Positions 33,283 through 45,215 of a DNA stretch of 64,000 nt are shown in pieces. The translations under genes were made by a program, and so were the position numbers. The stretch is from Tetramitus jugosus (taxonomy: Eukaryota > Protista > Heterolobosea): the NCBI GenBank assembly GCA_937625935.1, contig OW569349.1, forward strand, positions 310,001 to 374,000, written 5' to 3'. A model generated the notes under the pieces. The model had not been told where the DNA came from and did not search any database. It saw only the letters and a program-made list of their open reading frames with translations. Position 1 is the stretch's first letter. Each line of letters opens with the position of its first letter.

Positions 33283-34662
33283 CTAATCAATTACAATGAC
33301 TTCTGATCTAGTGACCTCTGCTTTACTCGCAGACTCCTCTCCTTCCTTCAGCACTGCTTTCTTATAAATCTTCACATTGACAAAGGCATCCTTGCACGCA
33401 TACTGCACTTGTTGCTGTGTTAGATGTACGCGGGACCACCTCTCTATTCTGACACCTTCTGCATCATCCTTCAACGAATGACTCAAGTACTGTTTACATA
33501 TCGAATTGACACCTCCTCGACCTAATTTGCTCAAATCAAACGATCCTTCTCTCAACGCTCGTATCACCGGTTCTACGACTTGAGCTCCCCAATGAGCAGT
33601 CATCCAATGAGACAATTTCGGAATATCGTTCGAATAATCGTACCACACTTTTGTGATGCGAGTGTCCTTGATCAATCGAATAAACAGGGAACTCGGTTCA
33701 ATGTTGCCCTCAAACACCTTGTACAACAAGCATGATTTTTCCGTAGAGACTGTAATGACATCGGGCATACGAACGGATGGAATTACTTGACCATCGTGCA
33801 ACACTCGAAACGAGTCCCATTCACAGTCAATGCCCACTGCAAACTTGCCTGAAACATCACTCTTTAATGAGCCATCATCACCATCAGTGTCATCACGTGT
33901 TGAGTCACTCGTATCATTGCCTGAATGCTTTCTGTTTCTTTGTTGCGATCCATCGTGTTTCTTCTCATCCGAATTGACATGTTGTTCAACGTCTTTCGTG
34001 CGTTTACTACTCGTCGCACTTTTACTACTACTAGTGCTGCTGCTCGTATCTTTCTTTTGATGACTCACAGAGAAGACATACTGTTCAAACCATTGATTCA
34101 CTTCATGTGACTCACTTGCAATCACCAATTGAAAATCAGTTGGAAGTTGCAAAATTGGTAAATTCTCATCAGCGCCATCATCTTCATCATTGTGATTGTT
34201 ATTGTACTCTCTTTCTTCTTGCTTCTTTTGTTGTCTTCGAAGCAAACTTCGTTGAATGATGCGATGCAAATAACACTTGTAAAACAATTGTTCTCGTTGC
34301 TTGTCTTGACTCGTGTAGTGCGTCAATAGATCGGCATGATTCTTAAATTTTTGAATCGCTTCCAACGAAGATTGTTCCTCACCATGATCATCACTTTGCT
34401 TATTCTTCTTGTTCTTCTGCTTCTTCTTGTTGTTGTTGTACTGGTTGTTGTTGTGTCTCTGCGCATAATGGGTCTGCTGATGATGATTTGGTTTGAATCG
34501 TTTGTTGCGATTGTACTTTGATTGTTGGAAGGATGACGAAGAAGAGGAGGAGTGTGTGCCATAGCAGTTGTTGTCATTGTTGTTGTGTGACTCTGAGGGA
34601 GTCCGTTGTCTCTTTCCAGTGTATTGACTCGTTCGTGCTTTATTATGGTTGTTGTTGGTCAT
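33283..34662 (-). CDS. DEDDy 3'-5' exonuclease (WRN/EXD-like) with low-complexity N-terminus
   Basis: VGIDCEW and W....LTQQQVQYACKDA motifs; likely start MTNNN at 34662. Confidence 0.8.
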   Translation of the reverse strand: MTNNNHNKARTSQYTGKRQRTPSESHNNNDNNCYGTHSSSSSSSFQQSKYNRNKRFKPNHHQQTHYAQRHNNNQYNNNKKKQKNKKNKQSDDHGEEQSSLEAIQKFKNHADLLTHYTSQDKQREQLFYKCYLHRIIQRSLLRRQQKKQEEREYNNNHNDEDDGADENLPILQLPTDFQLVIASESHEVNQWFEQYVFSVSHQKKDTSSSTSSSKSATSSKRTKDVEQHVNSDEKKHDGSQQRNRKHSGNDTSDSTRDDTDGDDGSLKSDVSGKFAVGIDCEWDSFRVLHDGQVIPSVRMPDVITVSTEKSCLLYKVFEGNIEPSSLFIRLIKDTRITKVWYDYSNDIPKLSHWMTAHWGAQVVEPVIRALREGSFDLSKLGRGGVNSICKQYLSHSLKDDAEGVRIERWSRVHLTQQQVQYACKDAFVNVKIYKKAVLKEGEESASKAEVTRSEVIVID

Positions 34663-34759
34663 TTTTGTGTCTGATGATATCGTTGCTGTCTGATTTGTTT
34701 GACATGGAAAAATCTGAAGTGATTTTGTCACATGCAATTTTGAGCGACTGCCCAACTTT

Positions 34760-36456
34760 CTATTCTTCTTCGTCTTCCAAGAGCTCCTCTGCTGCCAATG
34801 TCTGAAACTCATGGTAGGAGCCGACAATTTCTTCGTACATTAATCTCTTTGCATTTCCACTCATCAAGTTCTCATCGTACCACATGTGCAATCTGTCACA
34901 TGACGGCTCTTCACCGTCGTAGCAAGCCTTCAGGAATGGGTGCTTCAATGCTTCATCCACCGAAATTCTCTTGTGTGGATTGAACTGAAGCATTCCTTCC
35001 AATAGATTGATCGCATCAGCACTCGCATGTGGCAGCAGTGTTCGCAGACTCTTCTTGGGTGTGTTTGAGTATCTTCTCTTGACAAAGTCAACACCTTTGC
35101 GGCAACCGACCAAATCTTCGTCTTTCTGTGAGCCTACGAGTTGCATCGTGAGCTCTAATTGATGCAAGTAGTCTCTGCCCTTAAGTAATGGAACTCTTTG
35201 ACCCTTTGGCATGAGCATCTCAGCAAATATACATCCAACAGACCAAACATCGACCTCAAAGGATGACTTTTCGTACATGAGAAGAAGTTCAGGGGCTCTG
35301 TACCACCTGGATACCACATACATGGTTCGTTTTTCATCATCGGCTTCGTCTTCAAATTGAATGACACGAGCTAGACCAAAATCACAAATCTTAATATCCA
35401 TATCAGAATTTAACAAAATGTTGCTTGGCTTAATCTGGATATCAGTGCATGAAAGAAATTGTTGTTGTCAGTGTCACTTGCGTTTCCCTAAAACAAAACA
35501 GCAAACAGTTAGAAAATACGCACATCTCTATGCACAATACCAGCTGTGTGGATATATTTCAATCCTCTCAGAATCTGATAAATAAAATATTGAACATTCT
35601 CTTCTGTAAACTCCTGATCACTCCGTATCAAATTATTCAAATTCCATCCCATTAGCTCCAACACAATATACACATCCTGAAACTCTTTCATTGAGACAGG
35701 TGGTGGCAAATCCTTCAAATGAACAATATTGTCATGCCCTCTCAAATGTTTTGTTATAATCACCTCTCTCAATATTCTCTTCTGGTATTCCAAGTCTTTC
35801 TCAAAAAGAGCGGGAATTTTCTTTACGGCCACATGCTTGTTCAAAACAGTGTCAAATGCTTTCACAACAGTTCCATAGGAGCCCTCTCCCAAACTCTTCT
35901 CCACTCTGTATCGATCAGGCAACACATAGGTCGTTCCTGCACACATTGCACTTGTGCGATTGATCACGGCTGGCACTGGCGTCGGTTTCTTCAACAACAA
36001 TTGATAAATTTCTTCTTGGTAAGAGTTACGGTTCTTGCTCTTTTCGAAATGTCGGTCATAATGATGCGAGTAGATGAGGTCATGATGTGGTGGATGACGA
36101 CTGCCACTGCTGCTACGACGTCGTTGATGATGAGTATCTGTTGATTCCTTGCTACTATTGTTGTTGTTGTCGTTGTTTCCAGTGTTGGCTGCTTGAGAGG
36201 ATGACACTGGTTTCTCTTCATGGAAAATCTCTGCACGATTACGCTTCAAGTACTCCTTGCCGGCAATGGTCTTGAGATTGGATGGATGCCTATGAATGAA
36301 CTCCTCGAGTGCAGTGTTGCTTGCCTTGAGCACTTGTTCCTGAGATGGATGCTCAGGCAGTCTTTCATCCTCCTGCACTGGATCATGTGACTTTGGTGAA
36401 GGTTGTTTACTGGATTTTGGAATCGATTTCAAAAGATTTCTCAGAAAATTGGTCAT
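34760..36456 (-). CDS. MAP kinase family protein, intron ~35521-35436
   Basis: GEGSYG, VAVKK, HRD spliced to KPSNILL, DFGLAR, TMYVVSRWYRAPE. Confidence 0.9.
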
Positions 36457-36629
36457 TTTGTTCACACTGTCCTCTTGTTTGTTTGTTGTTTGTAGGGGTA
36501 ATTTCGGGAAGTGTCAACGCTTTTTCTTCTGTTGTGAATCTTTCAGTTATTCTGTTTGTTGTTTTGGGCTCAGTTTTTGTAATCGCGAAATTATCTGTTT
36601 ATGGTACACGAGTCTGTTCCAAGCGAGTC

Positions 36630-37649
36630 TTATTGGTTTGGAGCTGACCTAGTTCTTACGATTGAAGTTGTTCGGGTTCGGGAGGTGAGTGTTGCGGCAG
36701 CTCTTGGAGGTGGCCTTGCTCTCGTAGCTGCTGGTCGGGATGCCTTCATTGCTGGAATCTCCTTATTGTTAGGGCGAGGAATGGATTTTGAGGTTGTCGA
36801 CAATCTGGGCATAGGTGGTTGGTACTTTGGCTGATTAGGGATATTTGAGATATTTGACAAGATAGGTTTTGTCTTTGGTGTTGTGTTGTTGCTCTTTTGA
36901 ACCGATGGTCTCTTCATAGGACCAATGAACTTCGCAGAAGCGTTGGAGGAATTCTCTGTAGTTTCTATTGGATTGGATACCTCAATGATCTCAACCTCAA
37001 CTTTAGGAGTCGTAGTTTCAATGGTCTCAACCTTAGGTTGATCGGTCGTTTGTTCGATCGGTTGTTCGATCGGTTGTTCTGCTGGTGGTGATACAACTTC
37101 AAACACTTCTACCTTCTCTTGAATGGCTGGCGGGAACACAAGAGGGGTTGGCTCTTGGACAGTGATCCCCTTTGCTAGACTGACAGGAGGTTTGCGCTTG
37201 CCAAGAACGAAAGCAACTGGGGATGTCAAATTCTTGGAAGATGGCTTCAGTTTGAATGGGACACTCTTTGGTGCAGGTCGAGCCTTAAACTTTGGTGCGT
37301 TTTGCAGCTTTTCCAGAGCAATTTCTTCAGAGGACAAAAGCTGCTTTGATCTAGGAGCGGTATGGAGCCTAAACTCTTGTGGAACAGTGCGAGTAAGTTG
37401 CTGAGGGGAAATTTTGGGCTCATTTGCATCTTGTACTTTCACTGTGGTTGTTGGCTTGGGGTTTGGCTTTGTCCTCGAGATTGGAGGAACTGAGGTGCTC
37501 TTTCTGGTGGTGGATTTTCTGACATCTGTTTTGAGACCAAAGCCCTGTAGTGCAGTCAGTCTTTTAGTGCCAACCTTCTGTCGTTTGGCAGATGGACCGT
37601 TGTCCGTATCGTTGAAAGATAACTTTCTCTTGCAAGTAGCAGTATTCAT
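36630..37649 (-). CDS. TPX2-like microtubule-associated protein
   Basis: Basic, Pro-rich protein with TVPQEFRLHT..R, FKARP and T.P..F repeats. Confidence 0.55.
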   Translation of the reverse strand: MNTATCKRKLSFNDTDNGPSAKRQKVGTKRLTALQGFGLKTDVRKSTTRKSTSVPPISRTKPNPKPTTTVKVQDANEPKISPQQLTRTVPQEFRLHTAPRSKQLLSSEEIALEKLQNAPKFKARPAPKSVPFKLKPSSKNLTSPVAFVLGKRKPPVSLAKGITVQEPTPLVFPPAIQEKVEVFEVVSPPAEQPIEQPIEQTTDQPKVETIETTTPKVEVEIIEVSNPIETTENSSNASAKFIGPMKRPSVQKSNNTTPKTKPILSNISNIPNQPKYQPPMPRLSTTSKSIPRPNNKEIPAMKASRPAATRARPPPRAAATLTSRTRTTSIVRTRSAPNQ

Positions 37650-37903
37650 TGATAATAGGTGTTGATCTGTTGGTGTGAGAGTTTTTTTTTCTCTTTTCTG
37701 TTTGAGCACAACAAAATATGTAACGTCCAGGCTTGGCGCGAAACCCATCATTACATTACAACCGGTTTCATGTTGAGTAGCACTGTTGTTTCGATGTCAG
37801 AAGCAAATTCCATATCCTTGACGTAGTTTGGATGGGAACTCTGAAATCCATCACTATTCTTTCTTGGACCAAGATCAAATAAAAATAAGAAAAACAAACG
37901 ATA

Positions 37904-38338
37904 ATGTTCTTATTCCACAGAAGAAAGAAGGAGATTGATACCAAAGAAGTTGACGACTTGATTGGGAGACTTCGACGCATTCAGGAAGATATTGGGAGGT
38001 ATGACGATGAAAGAGAAGCTCAAGGCATTAGCAGAGTGTATGAAAGACCAGATAGCAGTGTCATCGGGGAGAATGCAACTCAATTGTTGGATGACTTGGA
38101 ACAGCGATCTGGACAGCACAACCTGGAGGAATCAGGACCTGTGATCAGTCAAGAACTGGAAGAGATGACCACCAATACAAACAACCAGAGTTCTTCTACG
38201 ATAAGAGCCATGAGAGACGAGTCTCCCATTCCCATTGAAATAGAGGACGACTGGAGGCTTAACTTTATGTCGAATGAAGAAGTGGAAAGACAAAGTCTAC
38301 TGAACCAGTTTTCATCCAATAAAAGGAATGATTCATAG
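37904..38338 (+). CDS. Hypothetical protein (may have upstream exons)
   Basis: 144-aa acidic ORF; no recognisable motif. Confidence 0.4.
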   Translation: MFLFHRRKKEIDTKEVDDLIGRLRRIQEDIGRYDDEREAQGISRVYERPDSSVIGENATQLLDDLEQRSGQHNLEESGPVISQELEEMTTNTNNQSSSTIRAMRDESPIPIEIEDDWRLNFMSNEEVERQSLLNQFSSNKRNDS

Positions 38339-38344
38339 CCATGT

Positions 38345-38959
38345 TTATTGATTTGGTTCAGGTTCGACCATTTCTGAGGTAACATTTTGGTCTGTGGTCT
38401 TGTTTGAGACTTGATCTTCATCGAGAAGCTTCACATACCTGTGTCGAATACCGAACACACAGTACACTGTGAGGTACATGAGACTAAAGAAAATTGCAAA
38501 GCACGTCCATACGATATCAGCAGCATACTTCCTCTTCCAAAGAACTCCAAATAAAACTGTGAATGTTATAGCCACCACGCAAAATGCAATAGCTATGAGC
38601 AAGCGAGTAATCAGAGATATCTTTTGAATCAATGTTAGGTGAAACAAATGATATGATCTCGATGCGGGGTTCCTCCAGTAAACCCAGTAGTCGATAACAA
38701 AGAGCACACAAACGATGCCACTATAGAGGGAACTAAATGCTGACACATATCTTGGAGCAATTTTCCCTCCACTCTTTGGTACTAACATGTAAACAAAGAA
38801 TGACACGATGGTGAGAATGAACCACCCTCTGTAAGTGGAAAAAACAAGTATGAGTGGGCTCCCTTTCGAATGAACATGAAAAATTTTCAATTGTGCCATA
38901 CATTGGAATAGCTGTGACAACGAGAGCAATCCAGGGGAATCTCTTAATTCTATCGACAA
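38345..38959 (-). CDS. Multi-pass membrane protein (likely extends upstream toward ~39280)
   Basis: At least four hydrophobic helices. Confidence 0.55.
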   Translation of the reverse strand: MSIELRDSPGLLSLSQLFQCMAQLKIFHVHSKGSPLILVFSTYRGWFILTIVSFFVYMLVPKSGGKIAPRYVSAFSSLYSGIVCVLFVIDYWVYWRNPASRSYHLFHLTLIQKISLITRLLIAIAFCVVAITFTVLFGVLWKRKYAADIVWTCFAIFFSLMYLTVYCVFGIRHRYVKLLDEDQVSNKTTDQNVTSEMVEPEPNQ

Positions 38960-39421
38960 ATGGACTCATCTTTTAGCTTTAGGTAATTCTTTGGTATTTC
39001 TGGAGTACTTTGTTAGGTTTGTTGATTATTGTTGCCAAAGAACAACAACTTTCTGCATGCCAACCTTTAACGAAACGTGTCGACATTGGCATCACGTGGG
39101 ATTTGGAAGATTGAGCTGCCCTCCTGGCAGTAATTCCCTCAGTCGGTATAAGGTCCAAAGAACCATAATAAGAACAACAACAGTTTTTCCACCACGGAGT
39201 TTCCGAGTTGTCACACTCAACAGCTGTGTTTATCCATAGATATTGCGTGCTGCAGCGATTGCATTGTAGGGTTCACCGCACAAGGTTCATTCTCACACAC
39301 TGAGCTTCTATAGTCAGGCAGCTCGAATCGTTCGAAAGCCAATTGTAATAACTCCTTTTACTAAATTTGATCCCATTTTGGTTGCGCCGCTTGGAAAACT
39401 CAAGAAAAACATCAAACAACA

Positions 39422-42400
39422 ATGTTCCAAAAATTGAAGAATGCTCTGAAGGGAGGTACCAATTCCAACAGCACCAAATCAGGATCTACTCCAGAGGTTC
39501 CACTTGCTGCATTTGACAAGAAATGGGGAATTGCTCGTGTAGCTCTTCACTCTGTTCCTTCACAGATCCAGAGTGTAGCTTACGATTGTGTCCAGGTTCG
39601 TTATGGTCTCATTTCCTCTGCTTGCTGTTTCTTGCTGCAAAAACTCTAACCATTTTTTTGGTTTCATGTGATATGGTTGATCATGTTATATCTATATTTA
39701 CAGGGTGTTGTAGCTCTCGGTTCCAACAATGGAATGCTTTACTTGTATGGGAGATATGGTATTGATTATGTGTATTTTATGCCACCGAGTGTTTCGATCC
39801 AACAGTTGGAATTTGCTGTGAATCAAGGTTGGTTGATTGGTGTTTGTGTCAAGGTCACTCAAGCGCAACAACATTCAACAATCATTGAAGGATACTCTCT
39901 ATGTATGTGGAATATGAAAACATGTGCACTTCAGTTTCAAATCGAGATGCCCAAAGTGGGACGGTAAGTTTTTACACGTTTGAAATGAATTTGTTGTTGT
40001 TATGTATGATTGTTGTCTGTAACACTTTCTTTCGTTTTAGAATCACCTGCATTCATTGTCCGATTGGATCTTCGTACTGTTACATGGGATTACAAATGTT
40101 GGACGGATCTTGTGCTATTCGTGCAGTCAATGTTTCGAACGGAGAACTTTCAAAGACTGTTTGTTTAGTGAAACCAACGTTCGATCAAGCGAATACACTA
40201 CAGCCTGTGACACATGTTGACTGTGTGACTAGTATCGAGACTCATCCTCTATTTGATCAATATTTACTCGTGGGATATGAGAGTGGTGACGTTGCAGTGT
40301 TCAATCTTGCACAGCATTTTATTCAAAAGAGCGCTCTCGTGTTTCGAACTTCATCCACACTCGGTGCTGTCAGAGTAACATCAGTGAGTTGGCATCCAAA
40401 GGGAACATTCTTCATTGCAGCAACAACAAGCAATCACCTACTTATCTATAATTTCGATCAGATCAGAGAGAAACAACTAAATTCGAATTCGAGCATGATT
40501 TATGTACAACCTGACATTCAGATCACTAGTTTTGATGCGAAGGCTATCATTACATCTGTTTCTTGTTTACATCAGAATGCATATGTCTCGGTGCAACATC
40601 TAGATGATGAGACTCAGTCAATGGATGGTATTTATAATTTAGTGTTTCCACCGACATGGCTTGAGGCTTCCAGTATTAAGGTGTTGCACGGTACAATGAA
40701 TCAATTTATCTTAATGCCTTCCCTGATGCCACACAAATGCGATTTTCCAAATTCCATTTCATTCGGTGGTGTAATTACGGCCAGTGGCTCCTTCCAAATA
40801 GTGAATCTACAGCGAGAGAGCGAACATAATAGTGGATTTACTATTGGTAATTTTTTAAATGAGGATGCAACTGATAGTACTGCTTCCAATCAGCCGACAT
40901 CGATGACGATTATAAAAAATGTTGAGTTTGTGGACAAAATATTTAAGCAGAGAAGAGGAGCCAATACATCATTTCCGCTATTCGGAGGGGATATTGATTT
41001 TAAGAATTCTTGGTCAACTTCTCATTTGATTGCTGTAAAGTATAATGATGGATCAGCGAATGTTTGGGCTGTGAAAAGTGATATGGGCGCCTTAGCAAAG
41101 GTATTTGGAGTGAAGTGCACTGGAAAGCGCGTCTTATTTATTGATTCATGGTCAAACGAAGCTTTTATATTTGCATTCAGTGATGGTTCAGTACAATTCT
41201 TGAGTACAAGAACTTTAAAGTGGTTTCCTGTCGAGTTTGAGAAAGTTCCCCAGTATTTAGATGAGAATTTGACGGTACCTGTTGAGCCTATAGCTCCGCC
41301 ATTATATGACAACTCAGGAAATAGTGAATCGAGCCTCGAAAATGTTAATAGTGGTAATGTAACCTTTGTTACTCCCGTACAGTTTTTGAATAGAATGATC
41401 ATTGCATACGATTGTGGGAGACTTGATATCGTTGATCTCACGGGTGATATCCACCGTGTATTATTTAGTTACTCCCCCTGTATTGATAACGAGGAGATAA
41501 TGTGTGCTGAGGTAGTATTTGCGCCTTCAAAAGATAGCACGGATACGAGTTGGTACGCTTATGTTGGTTTATCTTCTGGACGTATCGTATGTGTGGATAT
41601 TGAAAAGCATAATCAATCATCTACTTCGTTCTCAAAGTTTGTCAACAACGGTACCCCTCCAGCACCCATAAGGTCTGGATATGAGTGTGTCTCCATAGAT
41701 TCTTTAGATGAAGCCCTGGATATTTTTCCATGTATTGAACCGTGTACAACTGATTTGCCCTATTATATACAGGAGCAACTGCAAAGCGGTGGAGCCAAAC
41801 AATCAATATTTGGAATCAATAATTATGCAAAGGTCAACAAACAATCATTTGTGCCTTCAGATGTCAAATTATTCAATATTGATCAGAAAGGATTTGTTTG
41901 TCCATTGACAATACAAATTTCCTTGAATCCACACAGTGGTTTAAGACTAATGAATGGTGAAGTTGACATACGATTAGTTGGTGAGGATGGCAGTATTTTG
42001 TTTTGGGCAGAAGTTCATCCACTGAAGGTTCTCGTTGGTCATTTGCCTCAAAATGCTACTTCGACTGCTGATCTAATTGAGGTTGAATTCGACTATGACT
42101 TGCAAAATATAATCCTTGATGGTGCCAAAACTGTTTCGATTATTCACGACGTAGCTCAAAAGAAGTACCGAATATACAATGACACTAATTTGGCTGGAGT
42201 GCAATCATATGAAGAAGATCCTCCAAAGAACAGTTCCTTGAAAGATGTAAAGGTGTCTGTCAAGGGAACTGCTCCTTCTAATATGGATTATGACTCTCAT
42301 GATGAATATGTACAGGATTATGTGAGATCGATTGCTCTGAATTTCAAGTCAGTTGTTGCTGTACAGGACATTAATAGTTCTTCGGCAGACGTGATGTGCG

Positions 42401-43461
42401 TGTGGCAAGAGGATATTATCACAGAGGCAACATATTTGGTGTGTTTGAGAGAACAACATCTTCAACTGATTCGAATTAAGAGTAACAAAGAGCTAAAGAG
42501 ATTACACTCGATTGAATTACCTTCAAAGGTTGTAAGTGGTGGTATTATATCTGTGAATTACAAGTTGTACTATAGTGTATTATGTCAGGATGGACATGTA
42601 CGTATTTTTACTCTTCCTCAACTGCAATTATGTATGTCAAAGTCGATTGATCAATCACACCTGTGCAGAGATTCTTCTCCAACAGTCATGTGCATAGCAG
42701 AGCAGGACCAACTTTTGTTCGCTTCTGAGGGAGTTTTGCTTCAGGCAAGTATTGTGCCCGAAACTCCATCTAGCACCAGTGTAGTCATAGAACCAACGTT
42801 CTATGCGCAGCATCAAATGCCCGTGAAGTCATCCAAGGTTCAAGCAACGCCTCAAGTGGTTAATCAGGTTCTAGGTGGCTTACAACAGTTGGGCGGGTTC
42901 CTGTTTGGAACTAATCAGCCAGCACAGACCACCCAAGTCATAGATAGATCATTTGATATAAGACTACAAGATTTCTTTGAGCGCTTACCCGAAAGATATG
43001 CTTCCACTCATCAGCACACTCTTATCCAGAAGGATTACGATATATCTGAGTATGAGAAGCAATATGCAAGTGGCAACAAGCGCCGTCTGTTTGGTCACGA
43101 AGAGCCTTTAAGGATCAAGCAAATTCAACCCCAATTTCCATCACAATCACCACCACAGTCTTCGAACCAGGCAAATGTCGAACCGAAATCACAAGACGAG
43201 AAATTAACCAAACTTCTTGCTGGTCCTCGCAGCGGTGGTCGGAATGAGGAGCGATCTTCTGAATCTAAGTCGGCTTCTTTGCAGCAGCGTACCAACGAAG
43301 CGCGCAATGCAATGCAAGAGAGTTTGCAAAAGTTAGATGAACGTGGAGAAAGATTACGAAATGTAGAACAAAGAAGCAGTGATCTAGCTCTAGCTGCTCA
43401 GAATTTTGCTGCTAATGCTGCAAAATTGAAGAAACAGAACAACACATTTGGATTCTTTTAG
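39422..43461 (+). CDS. Tomosyn/Lgl/Sro7-like WD40 protein with C-terminal R-SNARE motif; introns ~39596-39703 and ~39963-40040
   Basis: VAYDCVQ/GVVALG...LYG N-terminus, WD40-like repeats (WHPKG) and C-terminal LDERGERLRNVEQRSSDL...AQNF. Confidence 0.85.
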
Positions 43462-43492
43462 TAAATATTTATCAATTTCAGGGGTTACAAAC

Positions 43493-45055
43493 TTAGTTCG
43501 AGGATCTTTTTAGTTTGTTTAATAATCCTCCAATCACGGAGTGACGCCTTGCGACAGTAGCATTTTCCACGTTGTAGATGAACGATTTGGTCATCAAGAT
43601 ATCCTGAGATTTGCTGTTGGGGTCTGTACTTCCATGGAGAGTTAGTTCAACCCGAGTCAATGAAACTTTGGAATACTTGACATTCTTTGGAGGAATAAGA
43701 ATGGTGTGAGCCCTCTGTTTAGAGAGGGTGTTCAATTTTCCTATTTGTGTCGTGAAGACACATGTTCTAAAAGCTGTCTCGACTCGTTCCACAAGTACAC
43801 AATTGTAAATTGGTTGACTAACGAAAAATTTCACAACAATACTGTAAGAGGCATCCTTTGATGGCATCATAATTGTAGGTTCTAACTGTTCCGTTATGTC
43901 CACTTGTCTTTCGGTATGAACTTGTTCAACGACTGCATCAGAAGGGGAAAATGGTGAATCACTGTGGGCAGAACTATGTCTTCTCTTCAATTGCGATCTT
44001 TGCATCAGAGTAGATTGTTCTTGTTCAGATACTGTCACTTCCTTCACATTCAGAAACACAGACTCTATTGTTATTAAACTATCTGCCTTATCTATTTGCT
44101 TGTTGAGAATAAATTGCATGGATCCCTTACTCAACGTCGAAAAATCGATCAAGCAGTCAGTACCAACTTCGAGACACTTGCGCGAAGAGGTCATTTGCTC
44201 AGTGTACTCCATCTGACCAAAAGAGACATCCACATCCTTCCACTTGAATTCACAATCAATCACCTGTACCAGAGGATGTGTATCAATGTCGGATCCAATG
44301 ATGGGTGCTTGCTTCAATGCATGAATGAACTCTGTTTTCTTATCTGTATGAACTACAATCGAGTTTTGATGAGATTCATCGTCGTTTGTCAAATGAAGCA
44401 CCAAGAAATTGTCTCTAAATCGACTCACTGCAACAGTCTTGATACTTGTTAATGGGACTGATTCATAGCTCTTGAATCGAGCAATATTCATATCAATGTG
44501 GGAATTTGATACTGATCCATAGCTTGTAGTCTTTCTTTTCAGTCCTTGATTGCTACCATCCCCTCGCGTTTCTGCAATACCAAAATTCTTAGAATCACCA
44601 GTAATGAGATAGAGATTCAAATCTGACAACAAAAGCAAAACCCTTTCTTTCGATAGTGTCTCCTTGTCCGAACTCATGGTAATTTGGGTGACTTGGGCAT
44701 TAAAAAACAAATCCTGGTCCCCATTCACCTTAAATAGACTTTGCACAGGTTCACTATCTAACTGATACATGTAATTGTGGACTAATATAGCAGAAGGTGA
44801 GAGAGCGTTGGGAGATGTGCAATCAGGAGCCAACTTGGAATTTCGCAGTCTTTCGGCCCTTACAAGAGACAACCTTCTCCTTTCTTTTTCTCCAGAGTAA
44901 GGATCTAGCATCAACTGGAAATTGGGATCTACAGTTTTTGTGTCGCACTGTGTTTGAAAGTCATTGCGAGCGTACTCTCCCTCATACATGACTGGCGACG
45001 CCACATTGTTCATAGAGATTTGTTCACTGCCGATATGATATGTACTTGTGTTCAT
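43493..45055 (-). CDS. Protein with a myosin-I tail (TH1)-like domain and a possible RhoGDI-like C-terminus
   Basis: ERVLLLLSD.NLYLI, IKTVAVSRFRDNFLVLH and KKTEFI resemble TH1; no motor domain is present. Confidence 0.5.
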   Translation of the reverse strand: MNTSTYHIGSEQISMNNVASPVMYEGEYARNDFQTQCDTKTVDPNFQLMLDPYSGEKERRRLSLVRAERLRNSKLAPDCTSPNALSPSAILVHNYMYQLDSEPVQSLFKVNGDQDLFFNAQVTQITMSSDKETLSKERVLLLLSDLNLYLITGDSKNFGIAETRGDGSNQGLKRKTTSYGSVSNSHIDMNIARFKSYESVPLTSIKTVAVSRFRDNFLVLHLTNDDESHQNSIVVHTDKKTEFIHALKQAPIIGSDIDTHPLVQVIDCEFKWKDVDVSFGQMEYTEQMTSSRKCLEVGTDCLIDFSTLSKGSMQFILNKQIDKADSLITIESVFLNVKEVTVSEQEQSTLMQRSQLKRRHSSAHSDSPFSPSDAVVEQVHTERQVDITEQLEPTIMMPSKDASYSIVVKFFVSQPIYNCVLVERVETAFRTCVFTTQIGKLNTLSKQRAHTILIPPKNVKYSKVSLTRVELTLHGSTDPNSKSQDILMTKSFIYNVENATVARRHSVIGGLLNKLKRSSN

Positions 45056-45215
45056 TTTCGTGGGTTGTTGTTCAGGTTATCCACACAATCTAGCTTGGGT
45101 GGGCCACTTTATTGACCTAATCTTTTCTAAAGTTAGGCCAACCTGAGAAAAAGTAAATTTAGCCACTGTGTCTCAATGTTGACATAATTGGCCAGTCATC
45201 AAGGGAACTACGCAA

